From Dehalococcoidia bacterium (GTDB lineage Bacteria; Chloroflexota; Dehalococcoidia; Bin125), in the NCBI GenBank assembly GCA_963663895.2, contig CAXXRD010000002.1, positions 744,484 through 808,483 of the forward strand: 64,000 bases of DNA. Reading direction: 5' to 3'. Numbering within the stretch: the stretch's first letter is position 1; every line of letters begins with the position of its first letter. Shown piece after piece: positions 11,484 through 20,344 of the stretch. Under the pieces are notes generated by a model. The model saw nothing but the letters and a program-made list of their open reading frames with translations. It ran no database searches and was not told the origin of the DNA. The position numbers and the translations under genes were made by a program.

Positions 11484-11831
11484 CTAGCCCCAATGGCGCT
11501 GGCTGGCGAGCGCCGCCAGGGGAGCGAGGACCTCCACGCTGAGCTCGGTCAGGTCGCCCTGCCAGCGGTCCCAATCCGCGCGCGCCCGCGCCGCCTCGGC
11601 GGAGGAGAAGGCGGTCTGCACCGACTCCTCGCTCTCCAGCTCGTAGACCATCAGGTGCTCCCCGGGCAGCGCCCGCGGCGGCCGCGCCCGGAAGGCGGAG
11701 ACGATGCCGGGGATCTCCAGCACCAGCGGCAGGTGGGTGCCGCGGTGCCAGCGCTCGAACTCCTCCAGCACGCCCGGGTTGACCTGCGCGCGCACGACGA
11801 GGAGGGGCCGGCTGCTCTGGGGGGCGTCCAT
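11484..11831 (-). CDS. EthD/DUF4286-like dimeric alpha-beta barrel protein
   Basis: EFERWHRGTHLP...IPG...YELES pattern. Confidence 0.7.
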   Translation of the reverse strand: MDAPQSSRPLLVVRAQVNPGVLEEFERWHRGTHLPLVLEIPGIVSAFRARPPRALPGEHLMVYELESEESVQTAFSSAEAARARADWDRWQGDLTELSVEVLAPLAALASQRHWG

Positions 11832-11988
11832 GCGGGGATGGTAGGGCCGCTTCTACTTGGCGGCGACCTCGGCGTATCACCTAGCTGCGCCAGTGGCTCG
11901 ATTCGACTAACCTGGAGAAGCTGACTACTCAGCGCTCGACCGAGTTGAGATCTTGGCGGGTCTACTCGGGAGCGCTAGGCTGCCGCCA

Positions 11989-12014
11989 TTCTGGCAAGCA
12001 GTAGCTTACCAGAA
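11989..12014 (+). promoter_or_regulatory. Inverted repeat upstream of the TA pair, possible autoregulatory operator
   Basis: ttctgg-c-aagc-agta-gctt-a-ccagaa ending 18 bp before the antitoxin ATG. Confidence 0.4.
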
Positions 12015-12032
12015 AGGCAGGGCGTGCGCGAC

Positions 12033-12707
12033 ATGGCAGGGTCAGCTGCACCAGAGCTATGGGAAAAGCGCCTATACATTCCTTCCTACACTAGGAAGGC
12101 TGCGGCGCATTACGCAAAAGTTCATCCAAACACCGTGTCGTATTGGCATTCCGGAAGAACCGCTGGACCAACGCTGCCAGACAGGAGGCCAAGAGTCCCA
12201 CTTTCCTATTTACAGCTGATTGAGGTCGCATTCGTTGCACAGTTCAGAAGGCTTGGCGTCAAGTTGCGCGCACTGAGGGAGGCACATGGCTACCTTTCTC
12301 AGACGTTCGAGACAGAGTTCCCATTCGCAACGCAAAAGCTAGAAACGGATGGCGTTCATATCTTCCTCGCCATTGCGGAATACGAGGGGCTTGGCTCTAT
12401 TAAGAGGGCCATTGCTGCCGATCGGGAGGGGCAAGTCTGGGAGAATCTAATGCGTGAGAAGTTTCACGAATTTGATTACGAAGACGGTGTGGCGATCCGA
12501 TGGCATGTAGACGGCAGAGATTCTTGTATCGCCATCGACCCGCGCGTTGCCTTTGGTGCCCCTATGGTCAAAGGAACGCCGACATGGGTGGTTTGTGGTC
12601 GTAAGAAGGCTGGGGAGAGCATTTCTGAGATCGGCGAGAATTTCAATCTGACGACTCGTGAGGTTCGTGAAATGCTCCGCTTCGAGGGCATTCCCCTTGC
12701 CGCGTGA
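12033..12707 (+). CDS. DUF433/VapB45-like antitoxin with N-terminal HTH
   Basis: YTRKAAAHYAKV HTH, LSYLQLIE, IDPRVAFGAPMVKGT...GESISEIGENF DUF433 region; lower GC. Confidence 0.85.
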   Translation: MAGSAAPELWEKRLYIPSYTRKAAAHYAKVHPNTVSYWHSGRTAGPTLPDRRPRVPLSYLQLIEVAFVAQFRRLGVKLRALREAHGYLSQTFETEFPFATQKLETDGVHIFLAIAEYEGLGSIKRAIAADREGQVWENLMREKFHEFDYEDGVAIRWHVDGRDSCIAIDPRVAFGAPMVKGTPTWVVCGRKKAGESISEIGENFNLTTREVREMLRFEGIPLAA

Positions 12708-13075
12708 TCTTCTTCTGCGACCGGACTTTCGGGAAAAACTTCGCTCGAACTCTTGGTTTCGAATGGCACGACGATCATTTTCCACAGGACACACAAGATG
12801 ACCACTGGCTCTCGGTTATCGGCGAGAGAAATTGGATCGCACTGAGTCAGGACTATCGACTACATCGCCAGCAGCTTCGCCGCGAAGCCATTCGGCAGCA
12901 CCGTGTTGGGCTCTTCTACGTTTGGGGTGCGCAAGCCCCTGCGGAGGAATCGCTGGCGGTGTTTAGGCAAGCATTTGGGCGGATTTGTGACATAGCAGAG
13001 ACAGTCGATCGCCCCTTCATCTATCGCGTACAGAAGAATGCTCGCTTGATGCAGGTGAAACTGGCGGATCAATGA
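12704..13075 (+). CDS. VapC45-like PIN toxin
   Basis: IFFCDR, DDHWL, WIALSQD; GTGA overlap with the antitoxin. Confidence 0.8.
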   Translation: MIFFCDRTFGKNFARTLGFEWHDDHFPQDTQDDHWLSVIGERNWIALSQDYRLHRQQLRREAIRQHRVGLFYVWGAQAPAEESLAVFRQAFGRICDIAETVDRPFIYRVQKNARLMQVKLADQ

Positions 13076-13135
13076 TGCTGTGGAAGAGACGGCGGGCTGC
13101 CTGCTAGCTGCTGGCAGTGGGAAACGGACTTCTAG

Positions 13136-16042
13136 CTACCCCGCCCGCTCCAGGTTCAGCGCCAGCAGCCGCGCCAGCAGTTCCTCCTCGCCCAGCTCCG
13201 GGGGCGGCTCGGGCCAGCCGTAGGCGGCGAAGACGGCCGCGTCGAGATCGGCGTGGAGGTTGGCGAGCCAGGCGGGGCGGTCGTTGTAGAGGTTGGTCAG
13301 CGTGCGCTTCGCCAGCTTCTTGGCGGCGGCCTCGTCCACCGGCAGCAGGCGCGGGGGGAGCGAGGGCAGCACGTCGGGCTCCTCGCGCACCCACTCCGGC
13401 GGGTTGAGCCAGCGCCGCCGCGCCTCATCCAGCGCCCGCGCCGCTTGGCCGATGGCGTCGCGCTGCCCGCGCTGATCCGCCGTCAGCGCTTCGTCGGGCG
13501 TGTCGAGCGGCCAGGGGAAGGGGAACGTCTCGAACGTCGAGGACGGCGTGTAGCGCGGGTCGTTGCCGACGCCGAGCCAGGTCCCCGTCCGCAGTGACCA
13601 CAACTCGTGCGCGCGGGCGTGCAGCACGCCAAACGTGTAATTGTCATCGCGCGCAAAGACGAGCAATGCGTGATCTGGCAGCGTGGGTGCCGACAACCAA
13701 ACGAAGAGACGATGTTTCGCAACTCCAGGCGTCGCGATAAATCGAGAGAGCGGAGCCAGAGCGGCCCGCATGGCTGGCCGCGGCTCGACGTGCTGCCACC
13801 ATCGCTCCCGATAAGCTTTTCGGCGATTCTCCGCGCGTACTGGCTGGACAAGCCTTTTCACATGCTCAAATGGGGCCTCATAGGAAGCGGCTTCGGACTC
13901 GGCCAGGTCCGTGCCGAAGTCGATGATGAACATGCCACGCGGACGGCGGCTGATATCCATCGCGTTCATCCATGGCACGACCACGTCGGCGTTGGGGCGG
14001 CCGTTGATGTTCGCCGGGAGCGACAGCATCTCGCGCGCAAGGTCGCCGGGAATCTCGAATGATCCGCCCTTCGTATCGGCCATAAAGGAGACGCCCCGGT
14101 TCTCCGGAAGGGCACGGGCCTGCGTGAGGTCGATGTCGGCCGTCAGATCGCTGTTGATGCCGCCGACTGGCTGGCCGTCGAGCGCACGCTTCGTCTCCGA
14201 GCCGTCATCCTGCCCGACGATCGAGACGCGCACGGCGGCGCCCTCGACGATCCACGGCTCGTCCGGCCAGGCCATGAAGAGGTCGCCGCTCTCCTTGATG
14301 CGGTCCAGGACTCGGCGATTCGCGCCGCCGCGCACGGAGTTCGTCGCCAGCAGCCCGGCGCGCTTCGCAGCACCGCTGGCGATCTGCTGGCGGGCGAGTT
14401 CGTGCCAATAGCACACGAGATCTGACTCCTGAGAGACTGAGCCTTCCCAGGACGCGAACAGGTCGTCAACGTACTCGTCGCCGAGTGAGCCCCGCAGCCG
14501 CTTATTCCCTAAGAAGGGCGGGTTGCCGACGATGAACTCGGCCTCCGGCCAGGCCGCCGGGACGGGCGCGCCCCCGGCGTCGCGGGCGAGGATCGCGTCG
14601 CGCCGCTCGATGCTGTCGAGCGGCTGCAGCACCGGCTTCTCGGGGAAGCCGTAGCCGTGGTCCCGCATCCACTGGATCTGGCCGATCCAGATCGAGACGC
14701 CCGCCAGCTCCTTGGCGTAGGGGCTGATCTCGATGCCGATCACGTTGTACGGCCCCACCTGCGGGAACTCCTCGGTGATGCCCAGCCGCTCTCCGCCCCA
14801 GCGGATCGTCTCCCGTTCCAGGTCCTTGAGCAGCCGCAGCGTTACGTAGAGGAAGTTGCCCGAGCCGCAGGCCGGGTCGAGCACGCGCACCGCGCGCAGC
14901 CGCTCCAGGAAGGCGCGCCACTCGCTCTCGGCGCTTCGCTCCCAGGCGGGCAGCCGCACGCGGCGGCGGCCGTCGCGGGTGGGCGGACTCGGCTTGCGGC
15001 CCGCCATCAGCGCGTCGACCCGCTCTCGCATCGCCCCGAACTCGCGGCGCAGCGGTTCGAGAACGACCGGCTCCACGACCATCAGGATCTTGGCGCGGTC
15101 GGTGTAGTGCGCGCCGAGCTGCCCGCGCCTGTCGGGGTCGAGCCCGCGCTCGAAGAGCGTGCCCAGGATGGCGGGCTCCACCTGCGACCAGTCGAGCGCG
15201 GAGGCGGCGCCGACGGCGCGCAGCTCATCGCGGGTGAAGGCCAGCGCCGCGGCGTCGTCGAAGAGCCCGCCGTTGAACCAGGCGATGCGCTGCGTGCCGA
15301 AATAGCCGCCCCGGTCCGCCATCAGGCGGAACAGCTCCGAGAGCCCGGCCGTGAACGCCGCGGGATCGTCGGCGCGCGACGCGATCAGGTCGCTCATGAT
15401 CCGGCGCGGCAGCAGGCCGGCGTCCTCGGCGAAGAGGCAGAACAGCACGCGGTTGAGGAAGTGCGCCACGGTCTCGGGATGGTGCCCCCGTTCCTGCATC
15501 GAGCCTGCGATCTCGGCGAAGCGGGAGGCGGCGGCCCGCGTGACCTCGTCGGGCGTCTGCTTGGGACGCAGCGCCTCGGGCTCGTGCATCACGGCGCGGA
15601 GGATGCGCAGCGCCCCGGCGGGGTCCTCGGCCAGGTCGTCGAGGGTGACGGTATGGACGGCGGGCTGGGTGTTGGTGAAGTTGGTGTGGACCTCGATCAC
15701 GTCCATGTCGCTGACGACGAGCGCGGGCGGGTTCTCAAGGTCCTCGCGGTAGTCGAGCAGCTGGCGGTAGGCGGCGGCCAGGTCGGCGTGGGCGCCCTTG
15801 TACTCCCAGCCGAAGCAGCCGCGCTTCCAGACGTCGGCCCAGCCCTGTCCGCCGGTGCTGAGACGCTCTGCGCCCGCCTCAAAGGTGTAGTCGGGGCTGG
15901 ACGGGGGATCGTTGGGCGTGGGCACGCCCAGCAGGCGGCAGAGGTCGATGAAGTGCTCCTGCGATGAGGCGCGCTCGCGGCGGGCGTTGTCCTTCCACTT
16001 GGCCGCGAAGGCGGCGGCGGAGATGCCGGGCGTTGCGGTCAT
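13136..16042 (-). CDS. MmeI-like Type IIG/IIL restriction-modification enzyme
   Basis: N-terminal ADVW...WEYKG nuclease motif, LGAHYT, DPACGSG, GNPPF, C-terminal TRD with PRYT; start placed at MTATPG. Confidence 0.92.
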   Translation of the reverse strand: MTATPGISAAAFAAKWKDNARRERASSQEHFIDLCRLLGVPTPNDPPSSPDYTFEAGAERLSTGGQGWADVWKRGCFGWEYKGAHADLAAAYRQLLDYREDLENPPALVVSDMDVIEVHTNFTNTQPAVHTVTLDDLAEDPAGALRILRAVMHEPEALRPKQTPDEVTRAAASRFAEIAGSMQERGHHPETVAHFLNRVLFCLFAEDAGLLPRRIMSDLIASRADDPAAFTAGLSELFRLMADRGGYFGTQRIAWFNGGLFDDAAALAFTRDELRAVGAASALDWSQVEPAILGTLFERGLDPDRRGQLGAHYTDRAKILMVVEPVVLEPLRREFGAMRERVDALMAGRKPSPPTRDGRRRVRLPAWERSAESEWRAFLERLRAVRVLDPACGSGNFLYVTLRLLKDLERETIRWGGERLGITEEFPQVGPYNVIGIEISPYAKELAGVSIWIGQIQWMRDHGYGFPEKPVLQPLDSIERRDAILARDAGGAPVPAAWPEAEFIVGNPPFLGNKRLRGSLGDEYVDDLFASWEGSVSQESDLVCYWHELARQQIASGAAKRAGLLATNSVRGGANRRVLDRIKESGDLFMAWPDEPWIVEGAAVRVSIVGQDDGSETKRALDGQPVGGINSDLTADIDLTQARALPENRGVSFMADTKGGSFEIPGDLAREMLSLPANINGRPNADVVVPWMNAMDISRRPRGMFIIDFGTDLAESEAASYEAPFEHVKRLVQPVRAENRRKAYRERWWQHVEPRPAMRAALAPLSRFIATPGVAKHRLFVWLSAPTLPDHALLVFARDDNYTFGVLHARAHELWSLRTGTWLGVGNDPRYTPSSTFETFPFPWPLDTPDEALTADQRGQRDAIGQAARALDEARRRWLNPPEWVREEPDVLPSLPPRLLPVDEAAAKKLAKRTLTNLYNDRPAWLANLHADLDAAVFAAYGWPEPPPELGEEELLARLLALNLERAG

Positions 16043-16184
16043 GCGCTCCTCGTCTGCGGCCGTGCGGCGCCTGCGGCCGCTGGTTCCATTGTGAGCCGTG
16101 CCGCTCCCTGCGGCAGCAAAATCTTCCTGAGACACAGAGCCGCGGTGTTCGCGCAAACGGCGTTATGCTACGGTTCTTCCCGCA

Positions 16185-16221
16185 GCGGCAGCTCGGGCAG
16201 GTACGAAGCCGGGAGCGCCGC
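16185..16221 (+). promoter_or_regulatory. Hairpin in the rpsO leader (possible S15 autoregulatory site)
   Basis: gcggc/gccgc and gctc/gagc stems between a TACGGT -10-like hexamer and the rpsO RBS. Confidence 0.35.
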
Positions 16222-16246
16222 GCCCCGCGACCCTTGCAGGATGTGA

Positions 16247-16513
16247 ATGCTGACGCGCAAGGAAAAAGACGAGGTCATCCGCGAGTACCGTCTCCATGAG
16301 ACGGATACCGGCTCTCCTGAGGTCCAGGTGGCGACGCTGACGGCGCGCATCAACCGCCTCACCGAGCATCTGCGGGAGCACACGCACGATCACAGCACCC
16401 GCCGGGGACTGCTCAAGCTGGTCGGCCAGCGGCGCCGGCAGCTGGGCTACCTCAACAAGACGGATGTGGGGCGCTATCGCAACCTCATCGCCAGTCTCGG
16501 CCTCCGCAAGTAG
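16247..16513 (+). CDS. rpsO: 30S ribosomal protein S15
   Basis: [27 protein letters not shown]. Confidence 0.99.
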   Translation: MLTRKEKDEVIREYRLHETDTGSPEVQVATLTARINRLTEHLREHTHDHSTRRGLLKLVGQRRRQLGYLNKTDVGRYRNLIASLGLRK

Positions 16514-16545
16514 CGGCGGCGCGGCGGGGCCGTCGCATACTGAAT

Positions 16546-16801
16546 CGGAGCGATGGCCGCGGGGAGACATAGGAAGCGGAAAGCCGCTCGGGACGCACGG
16601 CGCGACAGCCGTCCCCAAACCGTCCGAGCGTGCGAGGAAACGGTCCGTGAGCAGGCGCCGGCTCCCTCGGGGAGGTCAAGACCGAGCCGCGCCCCGGAGC
16701 TAACCCCTAGGTAAGAAGGCGGGCGCGCGGCGGGGCCGCGAGCGCCCCCAGACGGAGGCAGATCGAAGAGGGCCCGGCGCGAACGTCCGGGTCGGAAAGG
16801 C
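16546..16801 (+). ncRNA. Putative structured pnp 5' leader RNA, family unidentified
   Basis: CATACT -10-like hexamer at 16536-16541, then several nested stems (cgctcgggacg/cgtccgagcg, acggc/gccgt, cggtc/gaccg, ctccc/gggag, gccgcgc/gcgcggc) with A-rich junctions. Confidence 0.45.
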
Positions 16802-19438
16802 ATGATGGAGAAAACATACGAGATAGAGCTGGCGGGCGAGCCGCTGATCATCGCGACCGGGCGCTATGCCCAGCAGGCAGGCGGCGCGGTCACGGTGCGC
16901 TACGGCGACACGCTGGTGCTCGGCACCGCCACCGCGAGCAAGCCGCGGCCCGGGATCGACTTCTTCCCCCTGTCCGTGGAGTTCGAGGAGCGGCTGTACG
17001 CGGCCGGGCGCATCCCGGGATCGTTCTTCCGGCGGGAGGGCCGCCCCACCACCACCGGCGTGCTCTCGGCCCGCCTGACGGACCGGCCCCTGCGGCCGCT
17101 GTTCCCCAAGGGCTACATGGATGACACTCAGGTCATCATCACGGTGCTCTCGGCCGACATGGAGCACCCCCCCGACACGCTCGGCACCATCGCCGCGAGC
17201 GCTGCCCTGACCATCTCCGACATCCCCTTCGACGGGCCCGTGGCGTCGGTGCGCCTGGGCCACGTCAACGGCTCGCTGGTGCTGCAGCCGAAGTTCGAGG
17301 AGCTCAACGAGAGCGACCTGAATATCGTCGTGGCCGGCACCAAGGACGCGATCATGATGGTCGAGGCCGACGCCGCCGAGGTCTCCGAGGCGCTGCTGGT
17401 CGAGGCCCTAGAGCTCGGCCAAGAGGCGATCGCCTCGATCGTGGCCGTCCAAGAGCAGCTGCGCGCGGACTTCGGCAAGCCCAAGCGTTCCTACGAGGCG
17501 CCGGCCATCGACGAGGAGGCGGTCGCGGCGGTTGAGAAACAGGTCGGTGAGGATCTCATGGCCGCCCTCTCCTCGGCCGGGCTCGCCAAGGCGGAGCGCG
17601 AGGCGCGGATCGCCGAGCTCAAGGCGCAGGCGCTGGACGATGTCGCCGACGAGGATCGGGAGCGGCAGGCGGCCGCCTTCGGCGATCTGGAGGGCCGCAT
17701 CGTGCGGTCCAACATCCTGGAGCGCGGGCTGCGCCCGGACGGACGCGCGCCCACGCAGATCCGCGAGCTGAGCAGCGAGGTGGGGCTGATCCCCCGCACG
17801 CACGGCTCCGGGCTCTTCCAGCGCGGCGAGACGCAGGTGCTGGCGCTCACCACCCTGGCCGGCACCGGCATGGCGCAGCGCCTCGACGATCTGACCCCGG
17901 TCGAGAGCAAGCGCTTCATGCACCACTACAACTTCCCGCCCTTTTCCACGGGGGAGACCGGCCGCGTCGGCACGCCCAGCCGGCGCTCGGTCGGGCACGG
18001 CATGCTCGGCGAGCGCGCCATGATGGCCGTGCTGCCCGATTTCGACGAGTTTCCCTACACGATCCGCATCGTCTCCGAGGTGCTTTCCTCCAACGGCAGC
18101 ACCTCGCAGGCGAGCGTCTGCGCCGCCATCCTCTCGATGATGGATGCCGGGGTGCCGCTGAAGGCGCCCGTGGCCGGCGTCGCCATGGGCCTCATCAAGG
18201 GCGAGCAGGAGGACGAGTTCAGCGTCCTCACGGACATCGCCGGGATCGAGGATCACCTGGGGGACATGGACTTCAAGGTGGCCGGGACGCGCGCCGGCGT
18301 GACCGCGCTGCAGATGGACATCAAGGTCCAGGGGATCACCACCGCGATCATGGCGCAGGCGCTCGACCAGGCGCGCGCCGCCCGTCTGGAGGTCATCGAG
18401 TCGATGGCCGCGACCATCGCCGCGCCGCGCGACGAGATGTCGCCCTACGCGCCGCGGGTCCATCGCCTCAACGTTCCCCAGGAGAAGATCGGCGTGATCA
18501 TCGGGCCGGGCGGCAAGACGATTCGCAGCCTGGAAGAGCAGACCGGCGCCTCCATCGACATCGAGTCGGACGGCGCGGTCTTCGTTTCCGCGCCGAACGG
18601 CGAGTCCCTGCGCAAGGCGACGGAGATCATCAACGCCATGACCAAGGAGGTGGAGCCGGGCGAGGTCTACACCGGCAAGGTCACGCGCCTGATGAATTTC
18701 GGCGCCTTCGTCGAAGTGCTGCCCGGCAAGGACGCCTTGGTGCACATCTCCGAGCTGGCCGACTATCGCGTCCCCTCCGTCGAGGATGTCGTGAAGGTCG
18801 GCGACGAGATCACCGTGAAGATCACCGAGATCGACAACCTGGGCCGGATCAACGCCTCGCGCCGCGCGCTGCTGACGGGCGAGGAGGCTGCGTCCGGCCG
18901 CGACCAACCCGCCGATCGCGATGCGCGCGGCGATGGCGACGAGCGTGGCGAGGGCGGCGATGGCGACGATCGCCCGGGCCGCGGCCCGAGGGGGCGGCGC
19001 GGCCGGGTCGGGCGGGGTTTCCGGGACCGTCCTCCCGCGCGCGAGCGCGGCTTCGATGGCGACGGCCCCAGCCGCGATCGGGCGGTCCGCAGCGACGGCG
19101 GTCCCGAGGAAGAGCGCCCGGATGCCGGTTCCGAGGAGTTCGAGCGGCGCGAGCGGCAGCCGGTCGGGTCGGCTGCCAGCGATGACGAAGCGCCGGCGGG
19201 CGCCGGGCGCCGGCGCCGGCGCCGGCGTCGGCGCCGGTCCGGGACCGATGCGGGTAGCCCTAGCGGCGACGGAGGAGCCGCTGCCCAAGAGCGGCAGCCG
19301 GACACCACCGCCAGTGGGCGGCCTCTCTCGCGAGTGATCAGCCGGCTGGGTGCCCGCCGGGCGCACCGGGAATCCTCGGATGGGGATCTGGGCCCGCCTC
19401 CCCCGCCGCGTCCGGACTTCGGCGCGCCACAGTCGTAA
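16802..19438 (+). CDS. pnp: Polyribonucleotide nucleotidyltransferase with long C-terminal extension
   Basis: [37 protein letters not shown] and S1 domains. Confidence 0.98.
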   Translation: MMEKTYEIELAGEPLIIATGRYAQQAGGAVTVRYGDTLVLGTATASKPRPGIDFFPLSVEFEERLYAAGRIPGSFFRREGRPTTTGVLSARLTDRPLRPLFPKGYMDDTQVIITVLSADMEHPPDTLGTIAASAALTISDIPFDGPVASVRLGHVNGSLVLQPKFEELNESDLNIVVAGTKDAIMMVEADAAEVSEALLVEALELGQEAIASIVAVQEQLRADFGKPKRSYEAPAIDEEAVAAVEKQVGEDLMAALSSAGLAKAEREARIAELKAQALDDVADEDRERQAAAFGDLEGRIVRSNILERGLRPDGRAPTQIRELSSEVGLIPRTHGSGLFQRGETQVLALTTLAGTGMAQRLDDLTPVESKRFMHHYNFPPFSTGETGRVGTPSRRSVGHGMLGERAMMAVLPDFDEFPYTIRIVSEVLSSNGSTSQASVCAAILSMMDAGVPLKAPVAGVAMGLIKGEQEDEFSVLTDIAGIEDHLGDMDFKVAGTRAGVTALQMDIKVQGITTAIMAQALDQARAARLEVIESMAATIAAPRDEMSPYAPRVHRLNVPQEKIGVIIGPGGKTIRSLEEQTGASIDIESDGAVFVSAPNGESLRKATEIINAMTKEVEPGEVYTGKVTRLMNFGAFVEVLPGKDALVHISELADYRVPSVEDVVKVGDEITVKITEIDNLGRINASRRALLTGEEAASGRDQPADRDARGDGDERGEGGDGDDRPGRGPRGRRGRVGRGFRDRPPARERGFDGDGPSRDRAVRSDGGPEEERPDAGSEEFERRERQPVGSAASDDEAPAGAGRRRRRRRRRRSGTDAGSPSGDGGAAAQERQPDTTASGRPLSRVISRLGARRAHRESSDGDLGPPPPPRPDFGAPQS
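19208..19237 (+). repeat. (CGCCGG)n tandem repeat encoding Arg10
   Basis: cgccggcgccggcgccggcgtcggcgccgg in the pnp tail. Confidence 0.8.
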
Positions 19439-19449
19439 CGGCGCCGGCG

Positions 19450-20241
19450 ATGACGCTGCGCGTCGCGGTCAGCGGCAGCGGCCAGATGGGGGCCCGGATT
19501 CTGAGCGCGGTGGCTGCCGCCGACGGGCTCGAGATCGCGGGCGTGATCGAGAAGTACTCGCAGGGGCGGACCTACGCGCTGAGCGACGGGCGCACCGTGC
19601 CGCTCACCCAGAGCGTTGCGGGGCTGCGCGACCTCGGCGCGGACGTCGTGGTCGATTTCAGCAATGCGGCCTGGACGGAGCAGCTCTTGCCCCTGGCGAT
19701 CGAAGCCGGCGTCTCTCCCGTGGTCGGGACCTCGGGGCTGCCGGACGCGCTGATCGAGCGATCCGCCGCAGCCTGCGCCGAGCAGCGGTTGGGCGGAGTG
19801 GTCGCCGCCAACTTCGCGCTCGGCGCCGTGATGCTGATGCATCTCGCCCGCGTGGCCGCCCCCTTCTTCGCCGCGGCCGAGGTGATCGAGCAGCATCATG
19901 ACGGCAAGGTCGACGCGCCCTCGGGGACCGCGATCGCGACGGCGCGCGGGATGCGCGCGGCGCGCGCGCAGGACTTCGGTCGCAACGTGGCGGAGCAGGA
20001 GACGCTGCCCGACGCGCGGGGCGCGGCGCTTGGCGGCGTCACCCTCCACTCCGTTCGCCTGCCGGGCCTGGTGGCGCACCAAGAGGTGATCTTCGGCGGG
20101 CTGGGGGAAACGTTGAAGCTGCGGCATGACTCCACCAGCCGGGAGTCGTTCATGCCGGGGGTGCTGCGCGCGATACGCGCCGTCCCGCAGCTCGACCACT
20201 TCGTGATCGGCCTCGATCGGCTGCTTGGTCTGCGAGACTGA
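19450..20241 (+). CDS. dapB: 4-hydroxy-tetrahydrodipicolinate reductase
   Basis: GQMG, VVGTSG, EQHHDGKVDAPSGTA. Confidence 0.96.
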   Translation: MTLRVAVSGSGQMGARILSAVAAADGLEIAGVIEKYSQGRTYALSDGRTVPLTQSVAGLRDLGADVVVDFSNAAWTEQLLPLAIEAGVSPVVGTSGLPDALIERSAAACAEQRLGGVVAANFALGAVMLMHLARVAAPFFAAAEVIEQHHDGKVDAPSGTAIATARGMRAARAQDFGRNVAEQETLPDARGAALGGVTLHSVRLPGLVAHQEVIFGGLGETLKLRHDSTSRESFMPGVLRAIRAVPQLDHFVIGLDRLLGLRD

Positions 20242-20344
20242 TGCCGGAGACGCTCTCGCCGCCGGGTGCTGGAGCGCTGGAGTACCATTGGACCCCGCCG
20301 CGGCAACCGGCGACCGCTGGCGCTGCGGATGGACGAGTACCGCG

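Noticed and set aside
11464-11484. gtaagacgc direct repeat at the ybjQ stop
   Set aside because: Only two 9-bp copies 3 bp apart with no element between them; not enough to call a target-site duplication
16514-16801. RNase P RNA, tmRNA, SRP RNA, T-box or group II intron identity for the rpsO-pnp region
   Set aside because: Hallmarks are absent (GAGGAAAGUCC, tRNA-like ends, CAGG-GGAA-AGCA loop, T-box antiterminator, domain V); kept only as an unclassified RNA
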